Below are positions 62,201-64,000 of a DNA stretch of 64,000 nt, piece after piece; the stretch's first letter is position 1, and each line of letters opens with the position of its first letter. A program made the translations under genes and the position numbers. Origin of the DNA: Parasitella parasitica NRRL 2501 (taxonomy: Eukaryota; Fungi; Mucoromycota); assembly GCA_025201805.1 (NCBI GenBank), contig MU619317.1, positions 1-64,000 on the forward strand, read 5' to 3'. The notes beneath the pieces are model-generated. The model saw only the letters and a program-made list of their open reading frames with translations. It was not told where the DNA came from and searched no databases.

Positions 62201-62952
62201 ATTAGTAAGGGAAGGGGGGGGGGAGGGTTAACTCATGCACAAATAAGAGACTTACATGCGTGCTGAGAATGCTCCCAAATGACTCCAGTGCATTACCCTG
62301 TTGATAGGCTAGCAGTGATTCAAGCAGGGATTTATTAACACGCAAGATATCCTCCATATTGATAAAGATGCGATTAAACGAATACTGGTCTAAAATAGGC
62401 TGTTTGTTGGGGTCCACAATAGACTCTTTTATAGGCGCCATAATTTTATGAACAATTTCTTCTAATAGGTCGACATATGACTGTTCGGTAGCAATGAATT
62501 CTTTGATGGGTTTTGATGTAGGCGACTCGACAATGCATGCATTTTGAGTGATGATCTTGTTTATATGCGACTAAATAAGGCACTTTAGCTGTGTTGCTGT
62601 TTCCTCTGGGTAGAATGTGTACTTACGGTGGTGGTATTTTGCTGGGGTTTTGCATTGGCTTCCTGCTCTACGTGTTTTTTGCCAAAAAAGCTTTTGAAAT
62701 GCTCCATCTGCGGTGATGGCCCATTGGGTATCAGTACATCTACATGTTGGCTCTAACTCAAGCTGTCAGTTACTCCTACTCGTTCTCGATGCTATTTTGA
62801 CGTACCAAAGGATTCTTTGTCATGTCCAACAGACGCTTTCCAATCTCCTTGCACTGATCAGAGACGTTGTAATCTTTCAACACAGGTATCCGGGCTTCCT
62901 TGTAAACGTTACATGGATGATGAAATGGGGTATTCTGGAGTAGTTTTTCCAT
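59240..62952 (-). CDS. Rho guanine nucleotide exchange factor (DH-PH) with a long S-rich C-terminus (multi-exon)
   Basis: EFIATEQSYV, RIFINMEDILRVN, DILIQPIQRMTRY (DH); TLLVFTDKIMVVKR (PH-like). Start ATG 62952 and terminal exon ending at 59240 were inferred from GT-AG sites. Confidence 0.85.
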
Positions 62953-63859
62953 GTGGTATATTTGAAGAGAAAAGAAAAAGAAAAAGAAAAAAAAAGAAAG
63001 AAAGAAAGAAAGAGATGCAGATCACCAAAGCAAGGAAAAAAAGCATTTTTATTGTCGAGTTTGTTGTTGTTGTTATATTATATGTGTTTGAGTAACACAG
63101 CCAGGTTTGATTTCGGAAGTAACCAGAAACCCACTCACTTACTATTTTGCCACCGCTGCTGTTTGTGCTGTATATGAATATATGCACGTAAAAGTTTGTT
63201 TTTCTTGTCATTTTGTACAACATTTTCGTTTCCTGGATACATGCGTGTGTACTGTCCTGTTGTCTGTTTTTATGAATTTTTTTTTAATTTTACAACGAAC
63301 AAACAAGTCAAATGCGTAAGGGAGTCTATCATCTATAATTGACAAAAGACAATTAAAGGGGCTACAGGAAAGGAGGGGGGGGGGGAGGTGAGAAAAGAGG
63401 CTATACAGTGATACATGAATGATGCCAACACTTGTCACCAGACTTCAAACGCGATATGGAAGCAATCTAGTGCTACAAGAAAAAGGGTATCACTCATGGC
63501 AGCTCTTGCTTGTTCTGTACGTTACGTTCAATGGCCTATATGGTTTGCCAAATACTCCACGAAAATTCTGTAAAGATCTGCAGTGTAGGATAACAATCTT
63601 ACAAATCAGCACGACTAGTATCACGAAAGAGGCCAAAACGATACAATCCTGACAACGTTGGGATGACGTAAATATAAACTCATGTTTATCGCAAAAAAGT
63701 GCATCTAGTAAAAGGGTCAATGCATTTTGCTCTGAACGTTCCGGCCTAACCAATTCAATTGCAAGATTACACAGAAAAAGATGACTCTTCGGATCGTGCG
63801 GACTTGATCCCGCTCTCGTATAGAGCAGAGCTCACCTCTATCAAATACATCCACAGAAT

Positions 63860-63860
<1 letters not shown>

Positions 63861-63904
<44 letters not shown>
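63861..63904 (+). repeat. Poly(A) homopolymer, 44 nt
   Basis: Direct observation. Confidence 0.95.
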
Positions 63905-63906
<2 letters not shown>

Positions 63907-64000
63907 AAAAAAAGAAAGAGGTTAACTCTAGTTGTTTATATTAAAAAAACCCGGTTGGATACGTGCGTATGCTTTTAGCCATGTAAATATAAACAAACAA

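Overview
This is AT-rich, intron-containing fungal genomic DNA. The gene and transposon families point to Mucoromycota (Mucorales); this is an inference and the species cannot be named. Three transposable-element (TE) islands alternate with single-copy genes. Island 1 (1-8.3 kb) has two 5'-truncated LINE pieces, a 580-N gap, an apparently intact Tc1-type transposon with DD36E spacing, a tRNA-Gly(GCC) and a LINE ORF1-like ORF. Gene block 1 (8.7-26.8 kb) has an SLC35F5/THI74-like transporter, methionine synthase reductase, ALG6, a BRCT-only protein, a cytochrome P450, an MHYT membrane-sensor protein and a hypothetical protein. Island 2 (27-37.4 kb) has a frameshifted REase-fold/Crinkler-like gene, two tandem internally deleted Helitrons that both appear to end in CAGCTCG|T, a nested tandem repeat, a truncated IS630/Tc1-like element and a 1.5-kb non-coding repeat. 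Gene block 2 has an RlpA/DPBB secreted protein, MOB2, an MIT-domain protein and GCN1. Island 3 (54-59 kb) has nested IS630/Tc1-like elements inserted in a decayed gene, plus second copies of two non-coding repeat modules. A DH-PH RhoGEF ends the window. No CRISPR array, Fanzor/TnpB or riboswitch could be supported. The best leads are the DD36E transposon, the Helitrons with CTCG ends and possible nuclease-fold cargo, the output-less MHYT sensor, and the MTRR gene whose terminal Trp sits on a 9-nt coding exon. All calls come from reading the sequence by eye; no database searches were run.
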